From a virus (taxonomy: Duplodnaviria; Heunggongvirae; Uroviricota; Caudoviricetes): a stretch of DNA of 64,000 nucleotides. This document shows, piece after piece, positions 28,296-37,658 of this stretch. The notes below the pieces were generated by a model. The model had not been told where the DNA came from, did no database searches, and saw only the letters and a program-made list of their open reading frames with translations. The stretch's first letter is position 1; every line of letters starts with the position of its first letter. The stretch spans positions 64,001-128,000 of IMG/VR virus record IMGVR_UViG_3300035208_002255; one strand, given 5' to 3'. Both the position numbers and the translations under genes were made by a program.

Positions 28296-28634
28296 TCAAC
28301 CAGAATAATAGGAACCGCTGAAAATAGAAAATTCTAATTCTGTCCCAAACATTTCTTTGAGTTGTTCCTCTAGTTTTCGAACTTGTGAAAATGTCTTACC
28401 ATCGGCTCTAAAACCAATAATATTTCCATACTTAGAACTATCATCTGAATGGAACTCTAACCCTAATGATTCTGCATTTTCATAAGTCTCAGATTCATAT
28501 TCATCTTTCCACTCATCTCCCAATGATGCTTTGGCAAGCTCAATGAATTTGGGATACACCTTATCTAGCCGAATCCCAATGATACAGAATGATGAAGAGC
28601 TAGAATTGGATACAAAACCTGTACGAACTTTCAT
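28296..28634 (-). CDS. FVSNSS-tag family protein
   Basis: MKVRTGFVSNSSSSSFCIIG. Confidence 0.85.
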   Translation of the reverse strand: MKVRTGFVSNSSSSSFCIIGIRLDKVYPKFIELAKASLGDEWKDEYESETYENAESLGLEFHSDDSSKYGNIIGFRADGKTFSQVRKLEEQLKEMFGTELEFSIFSGSYYSG

Positions 28635-28640
28635 AAAACC

Positions 28641-28949
28641 TCATTGATATTCGCTGCCACCAAAAATGTTAATCGAAGGTTTCCTTTTAAGACCGATAGA
28701 TTTTATAGTCTTAAGTAATTTCTCTTTGATTTTTGCGGCACTTTGAAGTGTTTTTCCTTGAATACTAATGCCTGCAAACTTTCCATCTTCCGTATCCCAA
28801 AACTCCAACCCGGCATCTTCTAAAATTTCATCCACTTCCTTAGGAGCGTGTTCTTTAATCGCTTCTTCAACAGCGTCAGTTACCCTGAAACCAAGAATAC
28901 AGAATGATGAAGAGCTAGAGTTACTAACAAAGCCTGTACGAATTTTCAT
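28641..28949 (-). CDS. FVSNSS-tag family protein
   Basis: MKIRTGFVSNSSSSSFCILG. Confidence 0.85.
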   Translation of the reverse strand: MKIRTGFVSNSSSSSFCILGFRVTDAVEEAIKEHAPKEVDEILEDAGLEFWDTEDGKFAGISIQGKTLQSAAKIKEKLLKTIKSIGLKRKPSINIFGGSEYQ

Positions 28950-29167
28950 AACAAATCCTTTGGAAGATTACCTCTAACAGTTTCAATCCACATCTTAAGA
29001 CCCTTAATGATTACTTCGGCTTGTTCTACACCTTCTGAGTTAGGCGTTAGGTGATATCCACGCCCTCTTCCTAAGATTGTAAGCTGAGCATGATTCTTAT
29101 CATTCACTTCAAGAGTGATGTCCTGCCCATCACAGTTCTCTTCAATTTCAATTAGATCTCTTGACAT
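28946..29167 (-). CDS. hypothetical protein
   Basis: Likely start MSRD; ATGA overlap with the first array gene. Confidence 0.6.
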   Translation of the reverse strand: MSRDLIEIEENCDGQDITLEVNDKNHAQLTILGRGRGYHLTPNSEGVEQAEVIIKGLKMWIETVRGNLPKDLL

Positions 29168-29177
29168 TTTAGTTTCC

Positions 29178-29471
29178 TTAATTCCTGTTGCTACAACCAC
29201 TTTCACAACAATTGAAATTAGCTAGCAACCTTCCACATTGTGGTTTTGCTTCATTTCCAATGAAACATGATTCCCAAGAAATGGTACACAGACACGTTCC
29301 AGGATCGCAGCTAATCATTGGATTCTTCAAACCCAACAACTCAGCATGTTGTTTCGCATTGTCAATACGGTTCTGTGGGTTACAACCGAAACATAGCAAA
29401 GCTAGAATTAGAAATACTCTGTATTCACCTAGTGTTGATTGACATATGTTCCATGTTCTCAAAAAGACCAC
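29178..29471 (-). CDS. Cys-rich putative lipoprotein (start uncertain)
   Basis: LALLCFGC then many Cys. Confidence 0.45.
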   Translation of the reverse strand: MVFLRTWNICQSTLGEYRVFLILALLCFGCNPQNRIDNAKQHAELLGLKNPMISCDPGTCLCTISWESCFIGNEAKPQCGRLLANFNCCESGCSNRN

Positions 29472-29883
29472 TGTGCTCTAGCGCTGAGAAGAAAGATCCA
29501 TCATTATCCGAATACCTAAGGACTCGAATAACCTTTCCATTGTATTTTCTCTTAAAACCCTCAACTCTAGCATCTAAAATCTTCTCAATCTTTTGATCAA
29601 GAAGATCTCTTTGGTCTTTAGTTCTGGTATTGAAATAAGCTTCATGATTCTCAAAAAACACAATATTCTCTAGCAGATTCCGAATCTCTTCATCATCCGG
29701 TTCTTCTGCTTCAGTAATGTCTTTGAAGATTTCTTCAGCGTACTTCTCGTGAGAAAACTCCGTTGACGCATCCGCAAACTCCAACATCGGCATCAATTCT
29801 TCAACACTCTTTGGTAAAGCATCGAAGATTAGAATAAAGGATGATGAACTAGAGTTACTAACGAATCCTGTTCGAACCTTCAT
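29425..29883 (-). CDS. FVSNSS-tag family protein
   Basis: MKVRTGFVSNSSSSSFILIFD; RBS GGAAGGA. Confidence 0.85.
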   Translation of the reverse strand: MKVRTGFVSNSSSSSFILIFDALPKSVEELMPMLEFADASTEFSHEKYAEEIFKDITEAEEPDDEEIRNLLENIVFFENHEAYFNTRTKDQRDLLDQKIEKILDARVEGFKRKYNGKVIRVLRYSDNDGSFFSALEHSGLFENMEHMSINTR

Positions 29884-29900
29884 AACTTATCCTTCCGTAA

Positions 29901-30101
29901 TTAAGAATCTTTCTTAAGAGCCAATTTAGCTAAATTGTGCACTGTCTCTGCTGAAGCCGCTGTAGAATCAACAATGACATTCAAAGTTTTTCTATACATA
30001 TCAACTTCAGCTCTTAACTCTTGAATAATTCTTAGATACTTTTCACGAGCAAGAACATCGGCACGTAATTCTCCTGCTCGCCGAGGTGAAAACCGTTTCA
30101 T
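29901..30101 (-). CDS. hypothetical protein
   Basis: 66-aa ORF directly after the radical SAM stop. Confidence 0.55.
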   Translation of the reverse strand: MKRFSPRRAGELRADVLAREKYLRIIQELRAEVDMYRKTLNVIVDSTAASAETVHNLAKLALKKDS

Positions 30102-31154
30102 TTATACCTCAAACACTGGACAACTAAAGTCTCCAGATGCCCTACGGTCCAACAACCTTTGCCGCCATTTCTTAGTACCCTCTCCCATCCATACATCTCG
30201 AATGAAGTCCTGGTGCTCCAAGACCTTGATCCCGGCACCAAAATCAGAGTCCTCACAGAACGAACAAGAGTAGAACTCACCATCAACATTGATGTAAGAG
30301 CTGAACAACGTACTCTCACATGGCTCGGCAAGCATCTCAAACTTCGCACGCTGAGGATGATCCTCAACTGCCTTCAAGAACTTAGGCGCACTACAAGAAT
30401 CAAACCCGAGCGGTACCCCATTCTCAAGCGAGTACTTCACTAGCTCATTGAACTGAGCTTGACTAACAGGCTTGTGATTCAACCCACGACCCTTCTTCTT
30501 CAAACTAAGAATCACAATTGCATTCAATCCATGCAACCTGTCATCATCCTTGTAATCCTTGATCGTTTCCCAAACTTGCTCAAGAGTTTCCTGGGAAAGC
30601 ATCACATGGATGTTAGTCTGCTTGAATCCACGATCCGTAAGCTTCTTCACGGAATCGTAACACTTATTCTTGTTGGCGTACCTAGAAACCGCCACGGCTC
30701 CACATAGCTCAACAAGAGTGTCTGCTGTTGCATCCGTAATATCTGCAACCGTGATGTTCGGTACAACTCCCTTAGAACGAGCGTACCTCATCATGTCAAA
30801 CAAATCCGGATTGGATGTAGCCCCGGCATCAGCTCCAAAAGCAATCTGTGTCAAGAACGGAGTTCCTTGATACTCCATCTTGTCAAGGATTCCCTTGAAG
30901 GTCTCCAATGACATGTTGCGCCCGTTCTTGGTATTGCCCTTATAGCAGAACGGACAACCATTGTTACAAATGGTTGTTACTTCAATGTCTAGAATCTCCG
31001 GAAATGGAGCCATCGCTGGATCCTCGTGCTTCGTAGCTCCCCACCTGGCAAAGAAACCATTAACCTTGTTGAAGATGTAGTTGTACCCAGGACTCTGGAT
31101 AACCTTGAGATGCTTGCCATCAATTAGGTTCAATTCAGTCATTTTTGTTTCCAA
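30102..31154 (-). CDS. Radical SAM protein with SPASM/twitch-like C-terminus
   Basis: CNNGCPFC; PCESTLFSSYINVDGEFYSCSFC; terminal SCP. Confidence 0.9.
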   Translation of the reverse strand: METKMTELNLIDGKHLKVIQSPGYNYIFNKVNGFFARWGATKHEDPAMAPFPEILDIEVTTICNNGCPFCYKGNTKNGRNMSLETFKGILDKMEYQGTPFLTQIAFGADAGATSNPDLFDMMRYARSKGVVPNITVADITDATADTLVELCGAVAVSRYANKNKCYDSVKKLTDRGFKQTNIHVMLSQETLEQVWETIKDYKDDDRLHGLNAIVILSLKKKGRGLNHKPVSQAQFNELVKYSLENGVPLGFDSCSAPKFLKAVEDHPQRAKFEMLAEPCESTLFSSYINVDGEFYSCSFCEDSDFGAGIKVLEHQDFIRDVWMGEGTKKWRQRLLDRRASGDFSCPVFEV

Positions 31155-31166
31155 TCTTTCAATCTG

Positions 31167-31562
31167 TTATTTATCAAACGAAGAGACTTCTTTATAGCAC
31201 GTACAATCTGTTAGCTTCTCTTTACACCTATGACACCAGCCATGATTTCTAATCACATTTGAATCACAAAAACTTCCATGTCCCTGACCCCACGCCGGAG
31301 GTTCCCATCCCTTAGGACGAACTGTTAGCTGATCCTCTTCAAATCCTTCAGAACCACCAACTCCCCTTTTAGGATTTAAGGATTTCTTAAAAACACATCC
31401 ATCACAATCCGAAACACATTCAAAGTTGTCAACGACAGGTAATGAACACTTTTCATTACTCTGCCGCCTAATCTCTAAAGCTACCGCATTCTGAACCTCT
31501 TCAGAACGTAAACCCTTCAAAGACTCCAAAATAGCGTCTTTTTCTTCTTTTGGTAACTTCAC
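31167..31562 (-). CDS. hypothetical Cys-rich protein
   Basis: 131-aa ORF with CxxC motifs. Confidence 0.6.
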   Translation of the reverse strand: MKLPKEEKDAILESLKGLRSEEVQNAVALEIRRQSNEKCSLPVVDNFECVSDCDGCVFKKSLNPKRGVGGSEGFEEDQLTVRPKGWEPPAWGQGHGSFCDSNVIRNHGWCHRCKEKLTDCTCYKEVSSFDK

Positions 31563-31885
31563 TTGTGAACCAATACTTCATCGTACAAGAATATTGTTAA
31601 CACGCATCTCTCAAGAAATGTCATGTCTTTATACCAATGTACCGATAAAAGTATCTCTTTGGTTGGTTTTATGTAAACGTATTTATCTCCAGTTTCAGTA
31701 TTCAAAACTTGAAAAATTACACACTCTCCTGTTTTTGAATCCGTACACGCCACTTCTAATGAAGACTTTCGAACTTCGTCAACAATATTCTTCTCCGGAA
31801 GTAACAAGTAAGGATAATTTCTCTTAATCCTACCCGGGACTCCAAAAAGTACAGCAATCCAATAACAAAGACGAATAAAAAACAT
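31559..31885 (-). CDS. hypothetical protein
   Basis: 108-aa ORF. Confidence 0.55.
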   Translation of the reverse strand: MFFIRLCYWIAVLFGVPGRIKRNYPYLLLPEKNIVDEVRKSSLEVACTDSKTGECVIFQVLNTETGDKYVYIKPTKEILLSVHWYKDMTFLERCVLTIFLYDEVLVHK

Positions 31886-31943
31886 TAACTAATCCTTTGG
31901 TAAAATCAATACACCAACCCCAAACACTATCTATTAAAACCCT

Positions 31944-32438
31944 TTATTTTTCACAAGATGTAATACGAACTTGGGAAGCAAGTTGAATAGCGTAAACTCC
32001 CACTTTGTATTGAGGATTTAATAGATCAGTTGCCTGAGAAGTTAGTGCTCCAACAATGAAAATGGACCCAACAAAATTCATAGCCAAGTATCCAATTCTC
32101 CAACCAATAACTTCCTCATTAGAAGCTTTGAGGGCCATAACTTTATCATTGTACTTGTAAGCTAACGAATCTAACGAATTCAATTCATCTTCTTTCATCT
32201 TAGCTACTCTTTTAGCAGATCTAAGACCAACAAGAGTGGTAAATTGAGCTGCAATAATAATTACAACCCCAATAAAACCAAATAAAACTATATTTGAAAT
32301 AGCTTCAATCTGAATCTGTCGAATAGCAATCCGCCAAGCTTCAGGAGCAATATTCTGAAGCGCAATTCCAGCTCCTTTCGCTCCTTCGGTTATCGTACTC
32401 ACTAATTCAGCAATCGCATTTTGTAGTTCAGGATTCAT
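31944..32438 (-). CDS. hypothetical membrane protein
   Basis: Likely start MNPELQ; two TM segments. Confidence 0.65.
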   Translation of the reverse strand: MNPELQNAIAELVSTITEGAKGAGIALQNIAPEAWRIAIRQIQIEAISNIVLFGFIGVVIIIAAQFTTLVGLRSAKRVAKMKEDELNSLDSLAYKYNDKVMALKASNEEVIGWRIGYLAMNFVGSIFIVGALTSQATDLLNPQYKVGVYAIQLASQVRITSCEK

Positions 32439-32439
32439 A

Positions 32440-32847
32440 TTACCCCAATTCCTTCTCAAAACTAGCCAATGCATCCTCAGTCTTCAAATCCTCAGACCTA
32501 AGATCCTTCAACTGCTTCTCCATCGCACTTAATTTCTTCTTCTCCTCATCCCACTTAATCATCCGCACTCGGAGCTTGATATCAGCCAATGCATCATCAA
32601 TACCCTTCATTAAATCACCAGCTTGGACTCCTAAGAACGTACAAGCTTGCCCGTACAATCCCTTCTGCCCCAATAGCTCAGATGCCAACGTCACGCAAAC
32701 TTCAATCGTATTCAACGTATGAAGATTACGCCCATTGATAACACAATTGGTTTCCCAAACTCCCTTGGGCTTTGTTCCCAATTGCTCCTTCTTGGTTTCA
32801 ATGGACTGAAGAAGCGCCTTAATCTTTGCATCATTTGAACTTGCCAT
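32440..32847 (-). CDS. hypothetical coiled-coil protein
   Basis: 135 aa, coupled to the upstream gene. Confidence 0.7.
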   Translation of the reverse strand: MASSNDAKIKALLQSIETKKEQLGTKPKGVWETNCVINGRNLHTLNTIEVCVTLASELLGQKGLYGQACTFLGVQAGDLMKGIDDALADIKLRVRMIKWDEEKKKLSAMEKQLKDLRSEDLKTEDALASFEKELG

Positions 32848-33914
32848 TATCGTACCTTTACCTCTGTTCCTCTAGAATTCACTACATATAGACTGTGAAA
32901 GTTAAACTGCATGACCTGCTCCGGAGTCATAACTGGCATCTCAAACTTCGGTGTCCTGAGCTCAATCTTCCCATCCTTTAACTCCGGAACAAATGGATCA
33001 GATTTGGTAACATTATAGTTAGTCCTGTTATACCAATAATTATTCTGATTATGTAAATTGATTGTATAGTACTCATCTCCCTCTTTAATAAGAAAATTGT
33101 AGCTGTATTTTAGAATGCTTGGCGCAGACCCAGGCTTCGTAACCACAGAAACAAACTCACCATTGTACTTTGAACTCATGAACTTATCAAGCTCATCAGG
33201 GTACTGTGGTAAAGCATTAGTTGATACACTCTCAGCTAACTTCGTAAACCCAGAATCCACAATGTATGGTGAACCCCAATTCGGATTTGGATCATCTAGG
33301 TTCAAGAATACATGTTTCTTACCACAGAAATTAAACTCTGAATAAGATCCCTCGTAGTTGTTGTACAGGAACCGGCCCAAGTATAGCACTTGCGTTCCGT
33401 TTTTCAACACATAAGAATACCCAGGCTTCACATCTTTCGCCTGAACCTTCTTATCCAACCGCAAAGTATGCTGAGCACAATTCTTGTACTCTTCACACCC
33501 TACAGGAAGCAATACAAGCTCAGTACCATCCCACGCATACACAAATTCACCCTCCAATCCCTTGCCCTTAATAGACGAAGTCTCTTGAAGAATGAATAAT
33601 AGATTAGCTACAGAAATCTCAAACTCAAAGTCTCGGGGATCCCATACTCGAATGTACTCATTACGAGCATCCCATCCAGATGACCCACGTACCCCTCCTA
33701 CACCCTTGTTCAATACAAACCCAGATGTAGGCTCATTTGTAAACTCCAAGGGATCAATCTTCTTATCCCGCCAACTCTCCCAAGATGTTTCTTTCCTTAG
33801 CTTTCCCTTGTTATCATAATAGATAACATATGCAAGCTTGCCAGTGTACGTGCCGCTTCTTTCCTGATATCCTACCTTGATCTTTGTAGGAATAAACATC
33901 TTGGACTGTGACAT
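32847..33914 (-). CDS. hypothetical phage protein
   Basis: 355 aa; IPTKIKVGYQERSGTYTGKLAYVIY N-terminus. Confidence 0.75.
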   Translation of the reverse strand: MSQSKMFIPTKIKVGYQERSGTYTGKLAYVIYYDNKGKLRKETSWESWRDKKIDPLEFTNEPTSGFVLNKGVGGVRGSSGWDARNEYIRVWDPRDFEFEISVANLLFILQETSSIKGKGLEGEFVYAWDGTELVLLPVGCEEYKNCAQHTLRLDKKVQAKDVKPGYSYVLKNGTQVLYLGRFLYNNYEGSYSEFNFCGKKHVFLNLDDPNPNWGSPYIVDSGFTKLAESVSTNALPQYPDELDKFMSSKYNGEFVSVVTKPGSAPSILKYSYNFLIKEGDEYYTINLHNQNNYWYNRTNYNVTKSDPFVPELKDGKIELRTPKFEMPVMTPEQVMQFNFHSLYVVNSRGTEVKVR

Positions 33915-33936
33915 TTATCTATCTTTCTTTGGTAAC

Positions 33937-34743
33937 TCAGTAGTTCAATACAATACTCTTGACCTTTAAAGTAATTACTTCATCCGCAACTCCCTTGATG
34001 ATCCTAATACCTACAGATTGTACATGAGTAATATCATACCCACCTACAAATGTAGATACTTCACCAGTTGCCTCAATCTCTACTCCCGGAGTTAAAATAA
34101 CATTCGCCCCAGACCCATCTCCTGTACTAGATAGTAATGCTACCTGATACTTTAACTCAGATGCTGTACCCTTAGACGAATTCACCTCAAAAGTAACTAC
34201 AATGGACTTTAATCCAGTACAATCTTCAGTATTATTTCCGTATTTTCCCTCAGCCGCCCCACTCCATGGAGCATAAACATCAAAGTAAACATACGTTGCT
34301 CCAGTTACTTCAGCTAAAGCTTCCTGAACTTGTATTGTCTTTGTACTGAAAGTTCCGTTTGTAGAGAATGTTCCGTACGAAATGTCTAATCCTGCCATCT
34401 GTGTTCCTTTTCCTGCTGTACCATCACTTCCGGCACTTGTACTTCCACCAGCACTTGTACCACCATTAGTAACTGTATAAGTACCACCAGTACCACCAAT
34501 GCTAACACTACTAGTGTCTGTAGGTACTCCCGAATTATTACCATTCACAGTATTTCCACCACTCCCAGCATCCCCAGTATTCCCACCAGCATTTATAATT
34601 CTTACAATACTATAAATACTCGAATTCCCCGCAGCACCACCCTCAGTACCATAATAGTTGTACTCATTTGTAGTACTACCACCACAACCCATTACTCCAA
34701 ATACTCCAAATACAAAAAGTAATAACCCAATTTTATTGAACAT
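33937..34743 (-). CDS. Lipoprotein with Gly/Ser/Thr-rich linker and beta-sandwich-like C-terminal domain
   Basis: Lipobox VMGC, GGAAG/GGTGG/AGGS low-complexity linker. Confidence 0.7.
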   Translation of the reverse strand: MFNKIGLLLFVFGVFGVMGCGGSTTNEYNYYGTEGGAAGNSSIYSIVRIINAGGNTGDAGSGGNTVNGNNSGVPTDTSSVSIGGTGGTYTVTNGGTSAGGSTSAGSDGTAGKGTQMAGLDISYGTFSTNGTFSTKTIQVQEALAEVTGATYVYFDVYAPWSGAAEGKYGNNTEDCTGLKSIVVTFEVNSSKGTASELKYQVALLSSTGDGSGANVILTPGVEIEATGEVSTFVGGYDITHVQSVGIRIIKGVADEVITLKVKSIVLNY

Positions 34744-34746
34744 ATA

Positions 34747-35028
34747 CTATCCCTCAAGTGACTCTTCTATCTGAGTCTGTAGTACTCTCTTCAAAAATGG
34801 TAATATTTTCAATGAAATCTCTTTACTTCCTTGTAACCCAGAAGCCGCTCCAATTATAATATCCCCAAACTTAGAATTACTTATCAACTTCATAGCTACA
34901 GGATCATTTGCGTATAATCCAGCAATCTCCAGAACACTAAACGTGCCCACCATGGTCCCATCAGCGTACAATTCCCAGTACCCATCATCACTTGCCGTCT
35001 TTATGAAATTAACGCTAAAATTAACCAT
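34747..35028 (-). CDS. hypothetical protein
   Basis: 93-aa ORF. Confidence 0.55.
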   Translation of the reverse strand: MVNFSVNFIKTASDDGYWELYADGTMVGTFSVLEIAGLYANDPVAMKLISNSKFGDIIIGAASGLQGSKEISLKILPFLKRVLQTQIEESLEG

Positions 35029-35198
35029 AATACACCTAGTACACCTAGTACACCTATAAAATGGAGATTACATCAAGTACTTGCAATACCTCTATCGCCC
35101 CAGTATCCTCTACCTCTTCATGAACTTCCAATACCTCAACAGGATTCCCAGAGTCCTCAATAATAATTGTTGCTATATTTACTACCGTTCGCTCAATT

Positions 35199-35525
35199 TT
35201 AGCCTTTACCTTCTTCATGACTCTCCTTTATTGACTCAAGAAGCCATTTACTAACTTGCTCACCTTTAAGCTCTGTAGCCGCTCGACGCAATATGTAACC
35301 ACTCATTTCATCCGGATGATGTATCCCTAACTTAATAAGCTCATTACAAAGCTCCCCACCACCCCATAATCCGCACTCATTCCTTATCCATCTGCCATAT
35401 GTATGATGCATTCGTATAGCAAATATCTCAGGATCACTCACCGCAAGCTCATAGACTTCTTTCTCTTTTAGTAAGTCTTCCTTCACCATCCGAATAGCTT
35501 CTTTTACCGTCTTCGGCTTTTTCAT
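35199..35525 (-). CDS. DUF6794-like protein
   Basis: HHTYGRWIRNECGLW...HPDEMSGYIL. Confidence 0.6.
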   Translation of the reverse strand: MKKPKTVKEAIRMVKEDLLKEKEVYELAVSDPEIFAIRMHHTYGRWIRNECGLWGGGELCNELIKLGIHHPDEMSGYILRRAATELKGEQVSKWLLESIKESHEEGKG

Positions 35526-35857
35526 CAGAAATTCACCTTCACTTCACTCCGTACTTTTGCCTTACCTTGCACACCTAAGACTACATAAGGCTCTTTTCCG
35601 GAACTTAGATGATTGGATTTCATTTTTTCCAACTCATCAACAAATGCATTCAATTCATCTAAACTCTCTGTTACCCAATGTTCAAATGAATCGTATACTT
35701 CCGTATGAGCTGGATATCCATGTCCAGGACAATCCCTGGAACGTTGATCCCCTTCAATGTATACAGATGAAGTCCCGTAGATAATTACACAGTAATGAGG
35801 TCCAACTGGTACATCACTTGGCCCTTTTACTCGTTTCATTTGTGTTCTGGTAATCAT
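35525..35857 (-). CDS. hypothetical protein
   Basis: 110 aa; GDQRSRDCPGHGYPAH. Confidence 0.65.
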   Translation of the reverse strand: MITRTQMKRVKGPSDVPVGPHYCVIIYGTSSVYIEGDQRSRDCPGHGYPAHTEVYDSFEHWVTESLDELNAFVDELEKMKSNHLSSGKEPYVVLGVQGKAKVRSEVKVNF

Positions 35858-35942
35858 AAACCCTCAAACGCAGGAATACGCCAACATCCCGAAACATAGC
35901 ACTCCCCAGGATGGACGTCAACCTTTTTCTTGTGGTAACAAC

Positions 35943-36458
35943 TCAACCGAAAAACTCAGCCATCAACTCCTGTACTCGGTATTCAGGAAACTTCTTTCCC
36001 TCAGACATGAACTCTCGTAATGGCCTCTCTACAGGTGCTAAATACGTATCCCTAGAATACCCAAACCCAGCACACCCTAACTCTTCATTCGTTGCCTTCC
36101 TTATACCAAACCCAGGTGATGATGTGAAAAATACCGCCTGAGCCATCTCTCCCTGGATTCCCAATATCACCGCTTGATGCGTTCCCTGACGATCAGAATG
36201 ATGCGCTATATCTCCCAGTGCTATACTGAACACTGGACATTCTAAATTAACCAACATCTCATTAGCTTTTCTCTCCGCTTCTTCTACCATTAACCACTCT
36301 ATACTTTCCTTTACAACCTCTCCTTCTACCTTCTCAGGAAATCGGGTAGGACTCGGATCCGAACAGTCATTCGTTATAAACGGTACTAACGTAAATTTAC
36401 CTTTATTGTTTAACTTCGTCTTGAATACCCCATACCTGCGTAGCTTCTCTGCACTCAC
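35943..36458 (-). CDS. hypothetical protein
   Basis: 171-aa ORF. Confidence 0.6.
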   Translation of the reverse strand: MSAEKLRRYGVFKTKLNNKGKFTLVPFITNDCSDPSPTRFPEKVEGEVVKESIEWLMVEEAERKANEMLVNLECPVFSIALGDIAHHSDRQGTHQAVILGIQGEMAQAVFFTSSPGFGIRKATNEELGCAGFGYSRDTYLAPVERPLREFMSEGKKFPEYRVQELMAEFFG

Positions 36459-36467
36459 GGGTCACCT

Positions 36468-37088
36468 TCATTCTTCTACAACCTTCAACCCTTCAAGATC
36501 TACGGCACTCCCCAATAACTCCACATCCGGCGAAAATCGTATCCGTACCTTTCCATCATTTCCATACATCTTCGAATATCCCGCATATCTATTTTGTACC
36601 TCCCGATACTCTACATCATCAGAATTTCTGAATTTACCATTTACCCACCTACCTACTTCAGTATCTTCCCCATTCGGTACATGTATCTCCATTACCGTAC
36701 TCAATGCAGTTGCTATCAGTGGTACAGAGTTATCATAATGTAACGGAATTTCACCAGGGACTTTATTCATTGGAAACTCTGTCATCAAATATCCTATCTT
36801 CCGAAATACCTCAGACCCCGGAAAGTCTCCCACAGGTATCCCTTCCAATACCTCCTTCTTCATCTCAAAACTCACTACTACCCACACCCCTTCATGCGGA
36901 TTATCATATACTTGAACCTCTACATCCCCAAAATTCTTTCCAAACTTTACAACTTCACGAACTACCGCATTCGCTCTCCCTTCACAACCTACATACATCC
37001 CAGGTCGCTTCCTCACCGCCTCTATCCCCGTCAATACATTGATCGAACATACACCTCCCCAATCACCTTTTATTTCTTCTTCATTCAT
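36468..37088 (-). CDS. Degenerate GyrB/ParE N-terminal (GHKL) fragment
   Basis: INVLTGIEAVRKRPGMYVG signature; downstream ATP motifs eroded. Confidence 0.65.
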   Translation of the reverse strand: MNEEEIKGDWGGVCSINVLTGIEAVRKRPGMYVGCEGRANAVVREVVKFGKNFGDVEVQVYDNPHEGVWVVVSFEMKKEVLEGIPVGDFPGSEVFRKIGYLMTEFPMNKVPGEIPLHYDNSVPLIATALSTVMEIHVPNGEDTEVGRWVNGKFRNSDDVEYREVQNRYAGYSKMYGNDGKVRIRFSPDVELLGSAVDLEGLKVVEE

Positions 37089-37413
37089 CTGAATACATCT
37101 CCTCTCGTATTATCATAGCACTCATTACCCCAACTTCCTGTGCTTTACATCTCACTCTACTACCTTTTATCTTCCCATTCTTGTACCATTCTTCCATTAA
37201 TTCATCATATGTATTCTGTATCCATTCGGCACTCCTACCACCTCGAATTAAACTCTCAAATTCTAACAACCCCAATATCCTCTCCCGTACATGAATAAAG
37301 GGTTTACCGGAAATAGTATTTGGTATTAAATGGTAATCATTCTCTTTTATCTCCCTGTACTTAGCTTTTAAGTATTCTTCTAAAACTTCTTCAGGGACTT
37401 TGTATTCTTTCAT
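37081..37413 (-). CDS. hypothetical protein
   Basis: 110-aa ORF. Confidence 0.5.
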   Translation of the reverse strand: MKEYKVPEEVLEEYLKAKYREIKENDYHLIPNTISGKPFIHVRERILGLLEFESLIRGGRSAEWIQNTYDELMEEWYKNGKIKGSRVRCKAQEVGVMSAMIIREEMYSDE

Positions 37414-37601
37414 TCCAAAACCTCTGACTTACATGTACATTTAGTTGTCATAACACTCCCTACTGTAGTTGTATTATTTACACCCTTTGGTAATAAGCTT
37501 TTATTAGACCAAGTATTAGTTATTAATAATGTAATTAAGATAATAGTTGATATTACCCCAATTAAAATCTTTACCTTCTCAAATATCTCCCAGAACATCA
37601 T
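37410..37601 (-). CDS. small membrane protein
   Basis: Single TM segment. Confidence 0.5.
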   Translation of the reverse strand: MMFWEIFEKVKILIGVISTIILITLLITNTWSNKSLLPKGVNNTTTVGSVMTTKCTCKSEVLE

Positions 37602-37658
37602 ACCTCCAGTTTGTAAACTTGAACTAATATAGATTCAAATACAGTTCTAGTATCCCTC

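Noticed and set aside
26080-28949. Diversity-generating retroelement explaining the paralogue array
   Set aside because: No reverse transcriptase seen in the window and no near-identical TR/VR pair with adenine-specific differences.
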